Shown here: piece by piece, positions 52,256 through 64,000 of the stretch | Numbering within the stretch: the stretch's first letter is position 1 | Layout of the letters: each line of letters begins with the position of its first letter | Assembly (NCBI GenBank): GCA_030390025.1 | Contig: CM059452.1 | Span: forward strand, 8,618,001 to 8,682,000 | Length of the DNA: 64,000 nucleotides | Source: Squalus acanthias | Lineage: Eukaryota | Reading direction: 5' to 3' | The notes under the pieces: generated by a model | Database searches by the model: none | What the model was told of the DNA's origin: nothing | The model's input: the letters and a program-made list of their open reading frames with translations, nothing else | Made by a program: the position numbers and the translations under genes

Positions 52256-54749
52256 TATCATGAGTGATTTTAATCTACATATAGATTGGGCTAACCAAAT
52301 TAGTAACAATACCGTGGAGGAGAAATTCCGAGAGTGTATACGGGATGGTTTCCTGGACCAATATGTCGAGGAACCAACTAGAGCCAGGCCATCGTAGACT
52401 GGGTATTATGTAATGAGAAAGGATTAATTAGCAATCTTTTTGTGCGAGGCCCCTTGGGGAGCAGCGATCATAATATGATAGAATTCTTCATTAAGATGGA
52501 GAGTGAATTAGTTGACTCAGAGACTAGGGTCCTGAATTTAAATAAAGGAAACTACGATGGTATGAGGCGCGGGTTGGCTAGGGTGGATTGGGGGACGTTA
52601 CTTAAATGGTTGACGGTGGATAGGCAATGGTAAACATTTAAATATCGCATGGATGAACTACAGAATTTGTTCATCCCTGTTTGGAAAAAAAAAAAGTTGA
52701 CTCAACCGTGGCTAACAAGGGAAATTAGGGATAGCATAAAATCCAAGGAGATGACATATAAATTGGCCAGAAAAAGCAGCAAACCTGAGGTTTGGGAGCA
52801 GTTTAGGATTGAGCAAAGGAGGACAAAGGGATTAATTAAGAGGGGGCAAATAGAGTATGAGAGTAAGCTTTCACGGAACATAAAAACTGACTGTAAAAGC
52901 TTCTATATATATGTAAAGAGGAAAAGATTGGTGAAGTCAAGCGTAGGTCCGTTGCAGTCGGAATCAGGGGAATTTATAATGGGGAACAAAGAAATGGCAG
53001 ACCAATTAAATACATACTTTGGCTCTGTCTTCACAAAGGAGGACACAAATAACCTCCCAGAGATGTCGGGGAACATAGGTTCTAATGAGAGGGAGGAACT
53101 GCATGAAATCAGTATTTGTAGGGAAATGGTGTTAGGGAAATTGATGGGATTGAAGGCCGATAAATCCCCAGGGCCCGATAATCTACATCCTTGGGTACTT
53201 AAGGAAGTGGCCCTAGAAATAGTCAATGCATTGCTGGTCATCTTCCAAAATTCTATAGACTCTGGAACAGTTCGCATGGATTGGAGGGTAACTAATGTAA
53301 CTGCACTATTTAAAAAAGGTGGTAGAGAGAAAACGGGGAATTATAGACCGGTAAGCCTGACATCGGTAGTGGGGAAAATGCTAGAGTCCATTATAAAAGA
53401 TGTAATAGCAGAGCACTTGGAAAACAGCAACAGGATCGGACAAAGTCAACATGAATTTACAACAGGTAAGTCTTGCTTGACTAACCTACTGGAAATTTTT
53501 GAGGATGTGACTGGTAGAATAGATAAGGGAGAACCAGTAGATGTGGTGTATTTGGACTTTCAGAAGGCTTTCGATAAGGTCCAGCATAAGAGATTAGCGT
53601 GCAAAGTTAAAGCACATGGGATTGGGTTAAGGTACTGACTTGGATAGAGAACTGGTTGGCAGACAGGAAGCAAAGAGTTGGAATAAACGGGTCTTTTTCC
53701 GAGTGGCAGGCAGTGACTAGTGGGGTACCGCAGGGATCGGTCCTTGGACCCCAGCTATTCACAATATATACTAATGATCTAGGCGAGGGAACTAGATGCA
53801 ATATCTCCACGTTTGCAGACGACACAAAGCTGGGTGGGCGCGTGTGCTGTGAGGAGGATGCAGAGAAACTCCAGTATGATTTGGACAGGTTGGGTGATTG
53901 GGCAGATGCATGGCAGATGCAGTATAATGTGGATAAATGCGAGGTTATCCACTTTGTTGGCAAAAACAGGAAGGCAGATTATTATCTGAACGGCAATAGA
54001 TTGGGAAAAGTGGAAGTGCAACGAGATCTGGGAGTCCTTGTGCACCAGTCGCTGAAGGTAAGCATGCAGGTGCAGCAGGCGGTTAAGCAGGCAAATGGTA
54101 TGTCGGCCTTCATAGCGAGAGGATTCGAGTACAGGAGCAATGATGTCTTGCTGCAGTTGTACAGGGCCTTGGTGAGACCACACCTTGAGTATTGTGTGCA
54201 GTTTTGGTCGCCTTATCTGAGGAAGGATGTTCTTGCCATGGAGGGAGTGCAGCGAATATTCACCAGACTGATACCTGGGATGGCATGAATGACGTATGAA
54301 GAGAGATTGGGTCGATTAGGTTTATATTCGCTAGAGTTTAGAAGAATGAGAGGGGATCTCATTGAAACTTATAAAATTCTAACAGGACTAGACAGACTAG
54401 ATGCAGGAAGGATGTTCCCGATGGCGGGAGAGTCCAGAACCAGGGGTTACAGTCTAAGGATAAGGGGTAACCCATTTAGGACTGAGATGGGGAGGAATTT
54501 CTTCACCCAGAGAGTGGTGAACCTGTGGAATTCTCTACCACAGAAGGCAGTTGAGGCCAATTCATTAAATATATTCAAGAAGGAGATAGATATATTTCTT
54601 GAGGCTAAAGGGATCAAGGGATATGGGGAGAAAGCAGGGACAGGGTACTGAATTTGGATGATCAGCCATAATCTCATTAAATGGCGGAGCAGGCTCGAGG
54701 GGCCGAATGGCCTACTCCTGCTCTTATCTTCTATGCTTCTATGCTTCTA
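52256..54749 (+). mobile_element. CR1 LINE, 5'-truncated, relatively young
   Basis: ORFs 52442-52633, 52649-53638, 53656-54288, 54289-54651; (ctatgctt)n tail. Confidence 0.95.
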
Positions 54750-54790
54750 AAATGATCTGCTGTTTTCTGTCTAATTCTAAACCAGACACC

Positions 54791-55222
54791 ATGTGCTCCC
54801 CGTGTTCCATACTGATAATAATGGTCGTGCTGTCCAGTGAGTACATGTGTAAATGGTCATTGTGTGTTTCACGGATTATCCTTACTCCCAGACTTTTGAC
54901 ACATTCTGTGTTTTGTTACAGGAACGAGTGGCAAAGAATCAGTGTCCCAGGATCCGTCTGAATTAATGGTTCAGCAAGGAAAAAACATTATATTGAACTG
55001 CAGTTACTCGGCAGCTGCTCCAACTCTGTTCTGGTACATCCAGTATCCCGGGGAAGCTCCGAGATATTTACTGAGGATAGATAGCTCGGGGACGGTAGAC
55101 CGGTCTCCAGATTTCCCAGGCCGGTTTTCTGCTGTTTTGCACAGAGACAGCAAAACGGTTCCTTTAAATATCACCGCGGTTCTTGTCTCCGACAGCGCCG
55201 TGTATTTCTGTGCCATGAGCCC
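54791..55222 (+). CDS. Intact TCR alpha/delta-type V segment (leader 54791-54836, V exon 54922-55222)
   Basis: SVSQDPSELMVQQGKNIILNC..LFWYIQ..GRF..DSAVYFCAMS. Confidence 0.92.
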
Positions 55223-55262
55223 CACACTGCTGAAGAGATACAGCGGATCCCGTACAAAAACC
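55223..55262 (+). other. RSS CACACTG-24-ACAAAAACC
   Basis: Follows the V exon; spacer counted as 24 nt. Confidence 0.88.
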
Positions 55263-55286
55263 CACACTGAGAGTTCCAGTTAGTGT

Positions 55287-55300
55287 TCACCAGAGGGCGC
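55287..55300 (+). promoter_or_regulatory. CTCF-consensus motif TCACCAGAGGGCGC
   Basis: About 25 bp after the nonamer. Confidence 0.6.
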
Positions 55301-55519
55301 TCTCACATCGCTAACCAGCAGCGATCATTCAGCCTCCACAGTGAGTGTCACAGGGAGATTCTTAATAGAGCGACATGTCACAACACTCAGCAAGAACAGG
55401 TCAGGTCCACTTGGGGATTTTTTAGGTGATTTCAACTCGTATTTATAATAAAAATGAACGTCACAAATCATGTCTGTGGCGCCTTAACTCCCCTTTTGTC
55501 CTTTCTCTATTGTGGACAT

Positions 55520-56020
55520 TTCTGGGCAGCACACGTTAGGATGATGTCAAGGCCCTGGAGAGGGAACAGAGGAGGTTTACCAGGATGATACCAGGGATGA
55601 GGGAGTTCAGTTATGTGGAGAGATTGTAGAAGCTGGGATTGTTCTCCTAAGAGCAGAGAAGGTTAAGAGGAGACCTAATAGAAGTATTCAAAATTATGAG
55701 TTGTTTTGACGGAGCAAATAGGGAGAAACTATTTCCTCTGGCAAGTGGGTTGATAACCAGAGGGAATAGATTTAAAATAATTGGAAAAAGAACTAGAGTG
55801 GAAATGAGGAGACATTTCTTCACAAAGAGGTTTGTTAAGATCTGAAAGGCAATGCCTGAAAGGGTGGTGGAATCAGATTTCATGGGAACTTTCAAAAGGC
55901 AATTGGACATGTACTTGAAGAGGACTCATTTGCAGGGTTATGGAGAAAAAGCTGGGATATGGGACTAAACAGGCACGACAGGCCGAATACCCCTTCTGTG
56001 CTGTAAGATTCTATGAATCT
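55520..56020 (+). mobile_element. CR1 3' fragment
   Basis: EQRRLRGDLIEVFKIM-like sequence; absent from the paralogous flank at ~12870. Confidence 0.85.
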
Positions 56021-56574
56021 GTGATGCCCCTTCCGTGCCTGCCTGCAATATTGTGCAGCCCTTTACTCATCTCCCCTGTCAGTTTCCCGGACCCTTTGAT
56101 CGCGGTCTGCACACTGGGTTTATTTGATCAGAGTATGTTGCTGGGTCAGAGACAGTTTATACACAATGAACAGATTTCACAAGGTAGTGATTGTGCTCTT
56201 TAAAACAGGCCCCAAGCATAGAGTTCCCCCAATGTCCATTGTCCTTCAGAATGTCTCTATAATGCTGGAATATGTTCCGTCACCATTAACAATCTCTCAG
56301 CTTCCGGGTTCCAATAACCAGGCAAGAGTTTCATTCCCACCCCCGGTCTCTAAAAGCGGAACCATTCCCCCAAAAGGACACTGACGATAGCCCAGCTCGG
56401 GGTGTTTCCATTCACTGGCAGCCAGCTCACCACCTACCGGTCTCACAGCACCACTGGGGACACCAGGAAGTGAGGTGAGAGCATCCTGAGACACGACAGC
56501 AGATTATTGAGGGCGGGGATTAGAACGGGTGTCTTCAAATATCCAACCCCCCTTTTACAGAGCGGACAGCGACA

Positions 56575-57050
56575 ATGCGGCTACTCAGCATCTGGGCTGT
56601 GTGGGGGGCATTTCTGACAGGTAATTATGGACCAAACACATTTCATCTTTTCTATCATTTCTAAACATGGTTTGACTCTGAATTTTAAACACCCGCTGGG
56701 GTGATCTTTTCAAGTTTGAACATGTTTTTCAGATCTGAGTCTTGGAGATTCTGTCACTCAGCCGCTGTCCTCAGGAGTTAAGACAGAAGGAGAAGCGATG
56801 ACTGTAAACTGTAGCTACGACACAAAATGGAGCACCTTTAATTATTTATATTGGTACCGGAACCACCCAGACACACAGCCCGAGTTTATACTGTGGAAGG
56901 ATCATGATGGTGTTGATGGTGTTGAGCATAAAGCAGATTTTGGTAAAACCCGTTTCTCTGCAGAAATCCAGACCTGGACTAAATTCACCAGTTTAACCAT
57001 CTCGGGGCTGCAGCTGACCGACGCTGCAGTTTATTACTGCGCCCTGAGAC
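56575..57050 (+). CDS. Intact TCR alpha/delta-type V segment (leader 56575-56620, V exon 56733-57050)
   Basis: MRLLSIWAVWGAFLT-DLSLGDSVTQP..VNC..LYWYRN..RFSAE..DAAVYYCALR. Confidence 0.92.
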
Positions 57051-57089
57051 CACACTAATGGAAACCAGTTAAACCCTGGTACAGAAACT
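57051..57089 (+). other. 23-RSS CACACTA-23-ACAGAAACT
   Basis: Follows the V exon. Confidence 0.82.
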
Positions 57090-57801
57090 CCCGCCGTTTT
57101 GTAGATCAGCGGCTCCGCCTGCTGAAGCCGGATATAAGGCTCACTTTGTGCTGTTTGCGGTTCCGGCCATCCTGAGAACTGTTCCCAAAGTCTCTCATTT
57201 GTCGGTTGGGTTCAGTCTGTGCAGTTTCCGCGTTGTTTTCCCCGTTACTCACTGGGAACTGTCTCTCCTGAATCACTGCCACCTTCATCTTCAGACTATT
57301 GGCTGTCGCTCTTTTGCCTGTTTTCTGGACAGTTTTCTCTGAGTTTGCGCACCAGCTGGGGAATGGGAGTCTCGCGGGGTCAGAGTTCAGCCGAGACTTC
57401 TTTGTTCTGAAGGTGTTTTGACTCCTCAATGGTTTATTACATCGTCACTGAATGTGTTCCCTCCGTTCAGTTCATTTCCTGCCGACTGGAGCGCCAGGTC
57501 TGAGTGCGATTCTGACACAGAATGAGAACTGGTTTATATTTGTTTCACTATGTTTGAAAGTTGAGGTGCCCATTCCATGAACAGGGATTGGAAGCACCGT
57601 CCGATCGAATACCTTATTATCAAATTAGCAACACGATTATTTTTATTAATAATAAACATGATGTTTCATGTTCTGTACTGTTAGTTGGATAGCGATTGAT
57701 TTGTCAGTTTTTACACGGATACTCTCCTGTGAGAAGTACTGACAGTCCCCGTTTCTCCCCACACTGCCCGCTATCCAGTTGTCCCTGTCACATTCCGGCA
57801 G

Positions 57802-58371
57802 TGTGTTTGTACGGGGCTCCCTGTGGTTCCTGTCACTGTGTCTCTCAGCCCGCAGTGATACACCGCGCTGTCAGACAGCCGTAGGCCGCGGATGGTGAAA
57901 TTCCCCTCACTTTCTGAAATGTCGTGAAATGCGGAAATTCGAGCCCCCCTGTCCTCTGCTTTGAAAACATCTCCCGAAGAAGGACTGTAGATCAGCAATG
58001 TTGGCCCTTTGTCGCGGTCCTGACGGTACAGTTGTAAGGAATGTGAAGGAGCAGTGGTCGAATTGCTGTAATTACTGGTCACCGAGTCTCCTTCAAACTG
58101 CATCGCTGCAAGCGGCCCCTGTGAGACCGAGTCCGCACAACTAACACCCGCAGAAATATAGAAATACACAACTTTAAACCTATCTTATCATTTTATTATA
58201 ACTGACAGTTTCAAGGTGACGGAACATACAGGAAATTGAGGGAAAATACAGTTAAAAGGAAGATTCTCTATGGCAGTGATACGTGCAAGAGGGAGGATTG
58301 TGTAACTTGTAAACTTTACCAGTTAAGAGAGCCGCAGCTGTGACGAATGAATTAAAAGTAACTCCTAACAT
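57802..58371 (-). pseudogene. TCR V pseudogene (leader 58320-58371, V 57841-58147, RSS 57802-57840); acceptor AG->GG, first Cys and FR2 Trp lost
   Basis: ADSVSQGP..EGDSVTSNYS..LQLYRQ..DSAVYHCGLR; CACAGTG-23-ACAAACACA. Confidence 0.88.
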
Positions 58372-58837
58372 GTTTGCAGAGAGTTGATAACAGATTTGAA
58401 CAGAACGGGTTAAACCTGAAATATTTTAGTCAAGACTTGGGAAGGTGTTGAATGATATGCGTCTCTGCCGATTGGTTCATTCCTGACAGAGTCAACAGGT
58501 GAGATCCAAGCAGCTCACAGTTCCTTTTTACTCCAATTCTTCCAATCAACTCACAGCTACGTTGTTCTCCAATTCATCCAATCAGCTCATAGTTCCTTTG
58601 TTCGTCACTTCATGACGTCTGTGGTCAAAATGCTCTTGCTGACTGAACAAGCGACTGGGAGGAAATAGAGTGAGTGCGTAATTAAGGGATTATACAGCAT
58701 CAGAAATAATGAGCGGCTTTAATCAACTATAATCTTGATCTTTGAGAGCCAATAGCTGGCAATCGTGTTTTTATACATGACCAAAAACCTTAAATCTCCT
58801 CAATGACCTCATTCTAAGGCTTAGGTAATACAATGCG

Positions 58838-58851
58838 CCAGCAGAGGGCGA
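58838..58851 (+). promoter_or_regulatory. CTCF-consensus motif CCAGCAGAGGGCGA
   Basis: Motif match. Confidence 0.55.
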
Positions 58852-59014
58852 CAAACTCAAGAATGATCATTAGAAAGTCATGTGATGTAAACGCCAAGGC
58901 CAACAGCAATCGAAGCCTGAATGAGGTCACAATGGGGACGCCCCCTGCAGTGTGTGGGTGGAACAATGAGCTGAACAGCCCGGGTTACCGCTCTCCTTCT
59001 CAATCTCTGCCTCA

Positions 59015-59400
59015 TTGAAGCATACAAAATTATTACAGGGCTTGATAGGGTGGATGCTGGGAGAATGTTTCCCTTGGCTGGGGAGTCTAAAACCAGGGGC
59101 CACAGCCTCAGGATAAAGGTTAGGCCATTCAGGACTGAGATGAGAAGAAATTTCTTCACACAGAGGGTGGTGAATCTTTGGAATTCTCTACCCCAGAGGG
59201 CTGTGGAGGCTCAGCCATTGGGTATATTCAAAACAGAAGTCGATAGATTTCTGACTAGTAAGGGCATCAAGGGATATGGCGCTAGGGCCGGTGAATGGAA
59301 TTGAGGCAGAAGATCAGTCATGATCTCATTGAATGACGGAGCAGGCTCGAAGGGCCGAATGGCCTACTCCTGCTCTTATTGCTTATGTTCTTATGTTCAT
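59015..59400 (+). mobile_element. CR1 3' fragment
   Basis: ORF 59050-59304; (ttatgttc) tail. Confidence 0.88.
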
Positions 59401-59415
59401 TCAATTCCAAGTCAC

Positions 59416-59988
59416 TGTGAGAGAATCAGTCAATTTCTAATAATACTGGCGGCTGTGTTGAACAGTAAGTATTGGATTATATTTAAAACACAGGTTAGCT
59501 GGTTGATGCAAAGAGCGTGTGCAGGGATTTAGTGCAATTACCGATCAGAAATGTCCATAGGATCGACAGCTGTGTAGATGGAGGGTTACCCACTCTCATA
59601 CAGATAGACACAAGTTTCGATTTAATCTTCTGCTCTTCTGTTCCCCTATCTTCACAGGCGGGCTGTGTGCAGATCCAGTAACTCAGTCGCCGGTGACAAT
59701 TGCCGTGTCAACAGGGGGTTCGGTGCAGTTAGATTGTGAAAATAAAAGCCCGGATATTGACTACATGCAATGATATCGGCAGAAATCGGCACAGCCACCA
59801 AGCTGGATAATTAGCAAAGTGGTAGCACTGAAGGAAGACGAAATCTCAGGACAATATCTGGCAGCTGCTAATACGTCGAGAAAGTACGGTTACCTCAATA
59901 TAAGCAGCATGAGTGTGGAGGACGGAGCGGTCTATTACTGTGCAGTGAGGCACAGCGTCAGAAAAAGCAAAGGCCCCGGACAAAAACC
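59416..59988 (+). pseudogene. TCR V pseudogene (ATG-less leader ~59416-59464, V 59658-59950, RSS CACAGCG-22-ACAAAAACC); FR2 Trp->TGA at 59771
   Basis: ADPVTQSP..GGSVQLDC..YMQ*YRQ..EDGAVYYCAVR. Confidence 0.9.
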
Positions 59989-60114
59989 TCAGCGAGAATT
60001 TACAGCTCCATCAAGTGTTCTTTTGTGCTGCTTTCTGTGGGGTTAATTTGATCCCAAACCCACGGAGACTAAAGACAGCAAGGTTTCTATTTCAACGAGT
60101 TGTATTTGTGTCTG

Positions 60115-60470
60115 TGTCTTTGCCCAAATCAGCGGAGAACCGGTTTGGGAAATCTGGAGACTTCACTCCCTGCCCCGAGCTGTATCTCCTCATTAAATAT
60201 CTCGGATCTTCCCCGGGGATACTGGTTGTACCAGAAGAGGTAGGGAAATCTATCGGCTGTGGAGTAACTAGAGTTCAGTATTAAGATCTGTCCTTCCTGA
60301 ACCGTTAATTCAAGTGGATCCTGGGAAAATGAGGCTTCACCATTGTAACAAAATACTGAATCTGTCAGAAGTCTGGGAGTAAATATAACCCATGAAATAC
60401 ATACGATATTTTAAACATAGACTCACCGGGCAGCACGACCATTATTATCAGTAAGAAACATGGGGAGCTG
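60115..60470 (-). pseudogene. TCR V pseudogene (family of 1348/54922): leader ATG and acceptor deleted, Cys->Ser, frameshift, 3'-truncated
   Basis: SQDPLELTVQEGQILILNSSYSTADRFPYLFWYNQY../..SPDFPNRFSADL. Confidence 0.88.
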
Positions 60471-60579
60471 GTGACTGGTTTAGATGGGAGTCTCCGGCTC
60501 TGATACCAGAACAACATTAACTATTGGTCACTGGCCCCATCTCACAGACTGACGCTGTTAAAGGGCGAACATTGGCTTT

Positions 60580-60938
60580 AATCCTCGTGCAGTTCTGAGG
60601 AGAACAATTTCACTCCGTTCTCGCATCCCCGCTCTGACGTCATGAATTGGCGAACAAAGTAGCTGTGAGCTGATTGGTTGAATTGGAAAACAAAGGAGCT
60701 GCAAACTGATTGGATAAATTGGAGAACAAAGGACCGAGAGCTGATTGGATGTGATCTGCTGACTCTGTCGGGAACGGACCAATCGGCAGAGACCGGATAT
60801 TACTCAACATCTTCCCAATTCTTGACTACAAGACAATTTCAGCTTCAAACCGTTCTGTTCAAATCCACCACCAACTCTCTGCAAACATGTTGGGTGTTAC
60901 TTTTTATTTATTCGTCGCAGCTGCAGCTCTCTTAACTG
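60580..60938 (+). pseudogene. Orphan V promoter (CRE 60635-60642, CCAAT repeats) and leader exon 60887-60938 with dead donor (G|ATAAGT)
   Basis: Inverted paralog of 617-1010 and 58320-58620. Confidence 0.75.
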
Positions 60939-61489
60939 ATAAGTTCACAAGTTACACAGCATTGTGTTTCACATCTGTATCATACATTATATTTAATCGG
61001 TCAGTTCCCTGAACACATGAATATCAATAGGTTGATCCGAAGTGAAGAAAACCATCAGGATCCACCTTGACTCAACACTGAACACTGTTTGGGGAAACTC
61101 GACAAACTCCCTCAGTGAATGAAAGCGGATGAGTTGAGGTGAGATTACAGGCGAATGGCAGACAGACAAGCCCGTCGGCGTCAATGACGGACATTGACAG
61201 ACACACGAGTCTTAAACCCACAGACAGTTTGGAGTTTTCCCTTCACATCACAAGAGGTGAAGGTGAGGAACTGATCCCGTTGGAAGGTGCTGAAGGTTAA
61301 TTAAAGGATGTTTATTCAGTCGATCCCAGCGCCATCCCGTGAGCAGCCCCTGAGCTGTGGGGATATATATTTATGTTCAACTGCCCTGATTTGCTTCACA
61401 GTTAAGTGTTGAGGGTGACGGGCTGATTCTGGTCGGTAAACAGAGTGAAGTGACATTGTTTAATTTAATATCGCTCTGGGCTCTTGCAG

Positions 61490-61600
61490 GACATGGGCGA
61501 GGAGACTCCGGTTCACAGACACCGGCTGCAACCACAGTAAATGAAGGAGACGATGTTCAGTTGTATTGTAATTATACAGCCACAAGCATCAATCATATCT
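61490..61600 (+). pseudogene. TCR V FR1 fragment ending in a TA/TCTA microsatellite
   Basis: ttgcag|GHGRGDSGSQTPAATTVNEGDDVQLYCNYTAT. Confidence 0.78.
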
Positions 61601-62167
61601 ATCTATCTATCTATCCATATATATATATATATTGTGCAGGTAGATGAGTGAAAGTCTTTCATAGAGGTAACCAGGCTGCTGACTGACAAACAGATGGACA
61701 GCGGCCTGTCTGGGCCTCGGTCGCTTGTTCTCCCTGAGCAGGGGGACCAGTTTGTATTCGGGTTCCCACAGTGCGGAGACACAGAGAAAGGAATCACTGG
61801 ACACCGGGTAATACAGGAGGAGAAACATACTGACTGTCTGGAGCCTGTGCACAAAGGTCACGAGCATCTGGCACCAGTAGAACTGAAAGGAAATGAAAGT
61901 CAGTTGTTGTGAATGTGGGTTGTGAGTTGTTGTTTATTTTGCAGATCAGAAAGGGTTAAATCTGCGAGCGCAAGCTGTCAATTTCCGAGCTCGAATACAT
62001 CTGATTGATGTTTCTGTCGCTGTAAGTGTTGATGTAAAAGGCTCTACATTCGCCATCAGCATCACCGCAACACATCTCGCTATAGATGAGCCCTGGAAAC
62101 TGCCCATAGATACACTGACTGTCTGTTTTCACCCAGGATCTCAAAAGTGTAAAAGTTCCCATTATAT

Positions 62168-62181
62168 CCGCCAGAGGGCGC
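62168..62181 (+). promoter_or_regulatory. CTCF-consensus motif CCGCCAGAGGGCGC in a paralog of the 11728-11787 flank; no adjacent V seen
   Basis: gtgtaaa(a/g)gttcccat..tatccgccagagggcgcc..atgtttctcgctgct shared between the two sites. Confidence 0.65.
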
Positions 62182-63864
62182 CGTGCTCATATGTTTCTCG
62201 CTGCTTCCTCCGCACTCAGTCCCATGTTATTCATGATAGGTCGAAAACCATCAACATTTCAAACCTGTTCATATTTGTGTTGTGTTCCTGGTGTTCAGTA
62301 AAATACCTACCCTCCCTCTTGTTCTGTCTTGTTTTCACCGTCACAATCTCTCTCCACCACGCTTACGAATGATTTCCTTATATTGCAAATCTTAAAGCAA
62401 CTGCTAAGTGACATTTTTGGTAGTTTTGTAAAGCTGCAGTTTGAAAAAAAAAGTCTTATATATTAAAATATGTAATGGGCGACACATTCAGAGAGACAAG
62501 ATTGTAACCCGAGTGAGGAGTTTCTCCCGTGTCTCAAACCACTGTTGGACAGCCTCGAGAGATGTATGTTGGACATCTTGGGGAGTGACGGGTTAACAGT
62601 CGAACTTCTCGGTATCTTGGATTAACAAGCTTCCAGGCTTTCAATATATAAACAGGATGACTTTGAAGTGTCGTAAAAAGAATGCACTGCTTGTTTTCTG
62701 AGATGTAAAGTGCTTGTGTAAGGGAATAAATGATAGTAGTGACGTCACCCATGAGTGATTTAGTTTTAGGGTAATAAACATGGTTAGAAGGGAATCATTA
62801 GCTACAGAGAGCAGTTGGTACAGCTGTTACTTCAAAGATGCTAGCTAACTGTTCTGTCAGGAAGTCTTGTTTAAGGGACGTAGTTATGAATTAAACAAAC
62901 AACAAACTGTTTAGATGAATATTCCGTTTTCAAAGGGTCTGGGAATAGATACGTCATACAGGCTTATCTATGACATTCTCCTTTGATGTAGTCAAATATG
63001 GTGTATAAAGGATCATGGTTTTCAACAGTATCTCAGCGTGTACTCGAAAGATACTGAAACCGAAACAGTCACTCTCTGTATACAGTTAAAGACCGATCAC
63101 CTTCACTGTGCATCAATAAGGTCTGTTCCGCATACTCCACTACTGAGTCTCGTGCTTACTGGAAACGTGTTGCTGTGAACCAGAGGAGAAAGGATGTTGA
63201 CTGCTAACAACCTCCATTTCCCTCCCCGTGTGATTAATTTCCGCGCCTCCTGTTAGTTTCAGGCAGACTTTAATCTAACGGGTTCAGCAGATATTTAGGG
63301 AAGGGGCTCATATTCCCCTCCGAGCTATTGCCAACATAGTCGGATGATGGCGGTAAGATATTATCTCGAAGTGACAATATATCGGTTTGAATGTAGATGA
63401 AGATGTTCAGTTTATTTCACTCATTCTCAGTAATCAGACTGAGGTGGTTGATGGGGGTCGGGTTTAATTAACCTTCTGATGGGGTCACACAAGGGGAAGA
63501 TTTCCTCTGCTTTCTCTGTGGAATTCTCCTCTGAAAGTTGTTTTAACGAAATCGCAAGCTTATTTTGTTTTGTTAGAAATAGCGACCAGAGGAAATCTCA
63601 ACCACAGTGTGGACACCTCGGTGTAAACACGAATGTTACAGGAGAATGAAGTTAATGCTCTCGATGAGTCGTCACACACCAGCATAAAATAAACACTCAG
63701 TGTGACCGATTCGGCCCCGGTGAATATAATCCCACAATTAAGCAATGCTGAAGTTTTCCTCACACCAAGGAATGCACTCACTGAGTGACGGCTCCACAGG
63801 CCGATACTTTATGCTGTGACTGTCAGTATCTCTGATCAAACCCGCTATCAACTGGAAATTGTAG

Positions 63865-63980
63865 AGACAACACTTGCGGTAACACTGCCTGCGGCAGCCC
63901 CGCCCACAGCTTCCGTTCGCTGCTCTCGCTCTGACCCGCCTTGCCCGCCCTGTGTTTTTGGAGAGATTGCTGCAGCTGTT
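63865..63980 (+). promoter_or_regulatory. Paralog of the upstream region of the V at 7048; predicts another V just past the window end
   Basis: Aligns with 6853-6957. Confidence 0.65.
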
Positions 63981-64000
63981 ACGGGACTGTAAACAGGAGG

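Noticed and set aside
62560-62750. Perfect CRE (AGTGACGTCA) plus TATA on the minus strand as a V gene
   Set aside because: No convincing leader or V exon follows; at most an orphan promoter.

Overview
This is vertebrate genomic DNA, almost certainly from a cartilaginous fish (shark-type IgM exons; CR1, L2, RTE and Deu-domain SINE repeats). It is part of a T-cell receptor alpha/delta-type V-segment array: about 14 split leader/V segments or remnants on both strands, many with 23-spacer RSS. Three look intact (16.2, 54.8 and 56.6 kb); the rest are pseudogenes or fragments. In the middle (about 29.4-48.4 kb, + strand) sits a complete IgM heavy-chain cluster: leader, VH, Cmu1-4, secretory tail, TM1 and TM2. 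Its V-D-D-J is already joined in this sequence, has no RSS left, has lost the J WGxG motif and is out of frame with Cmu1, yet every constant and TM exon is open with canonical splice sites. CTCF-consensus motifs lie just downstream of several V RSSs and nearly all point the same way regardless of V orientation; the one good reversed motif sits just 3' of the IgM gene. All calls were made by eye. Repeat boundaries are approximate, and comparisons to other shark genes are from memory and need alignment.
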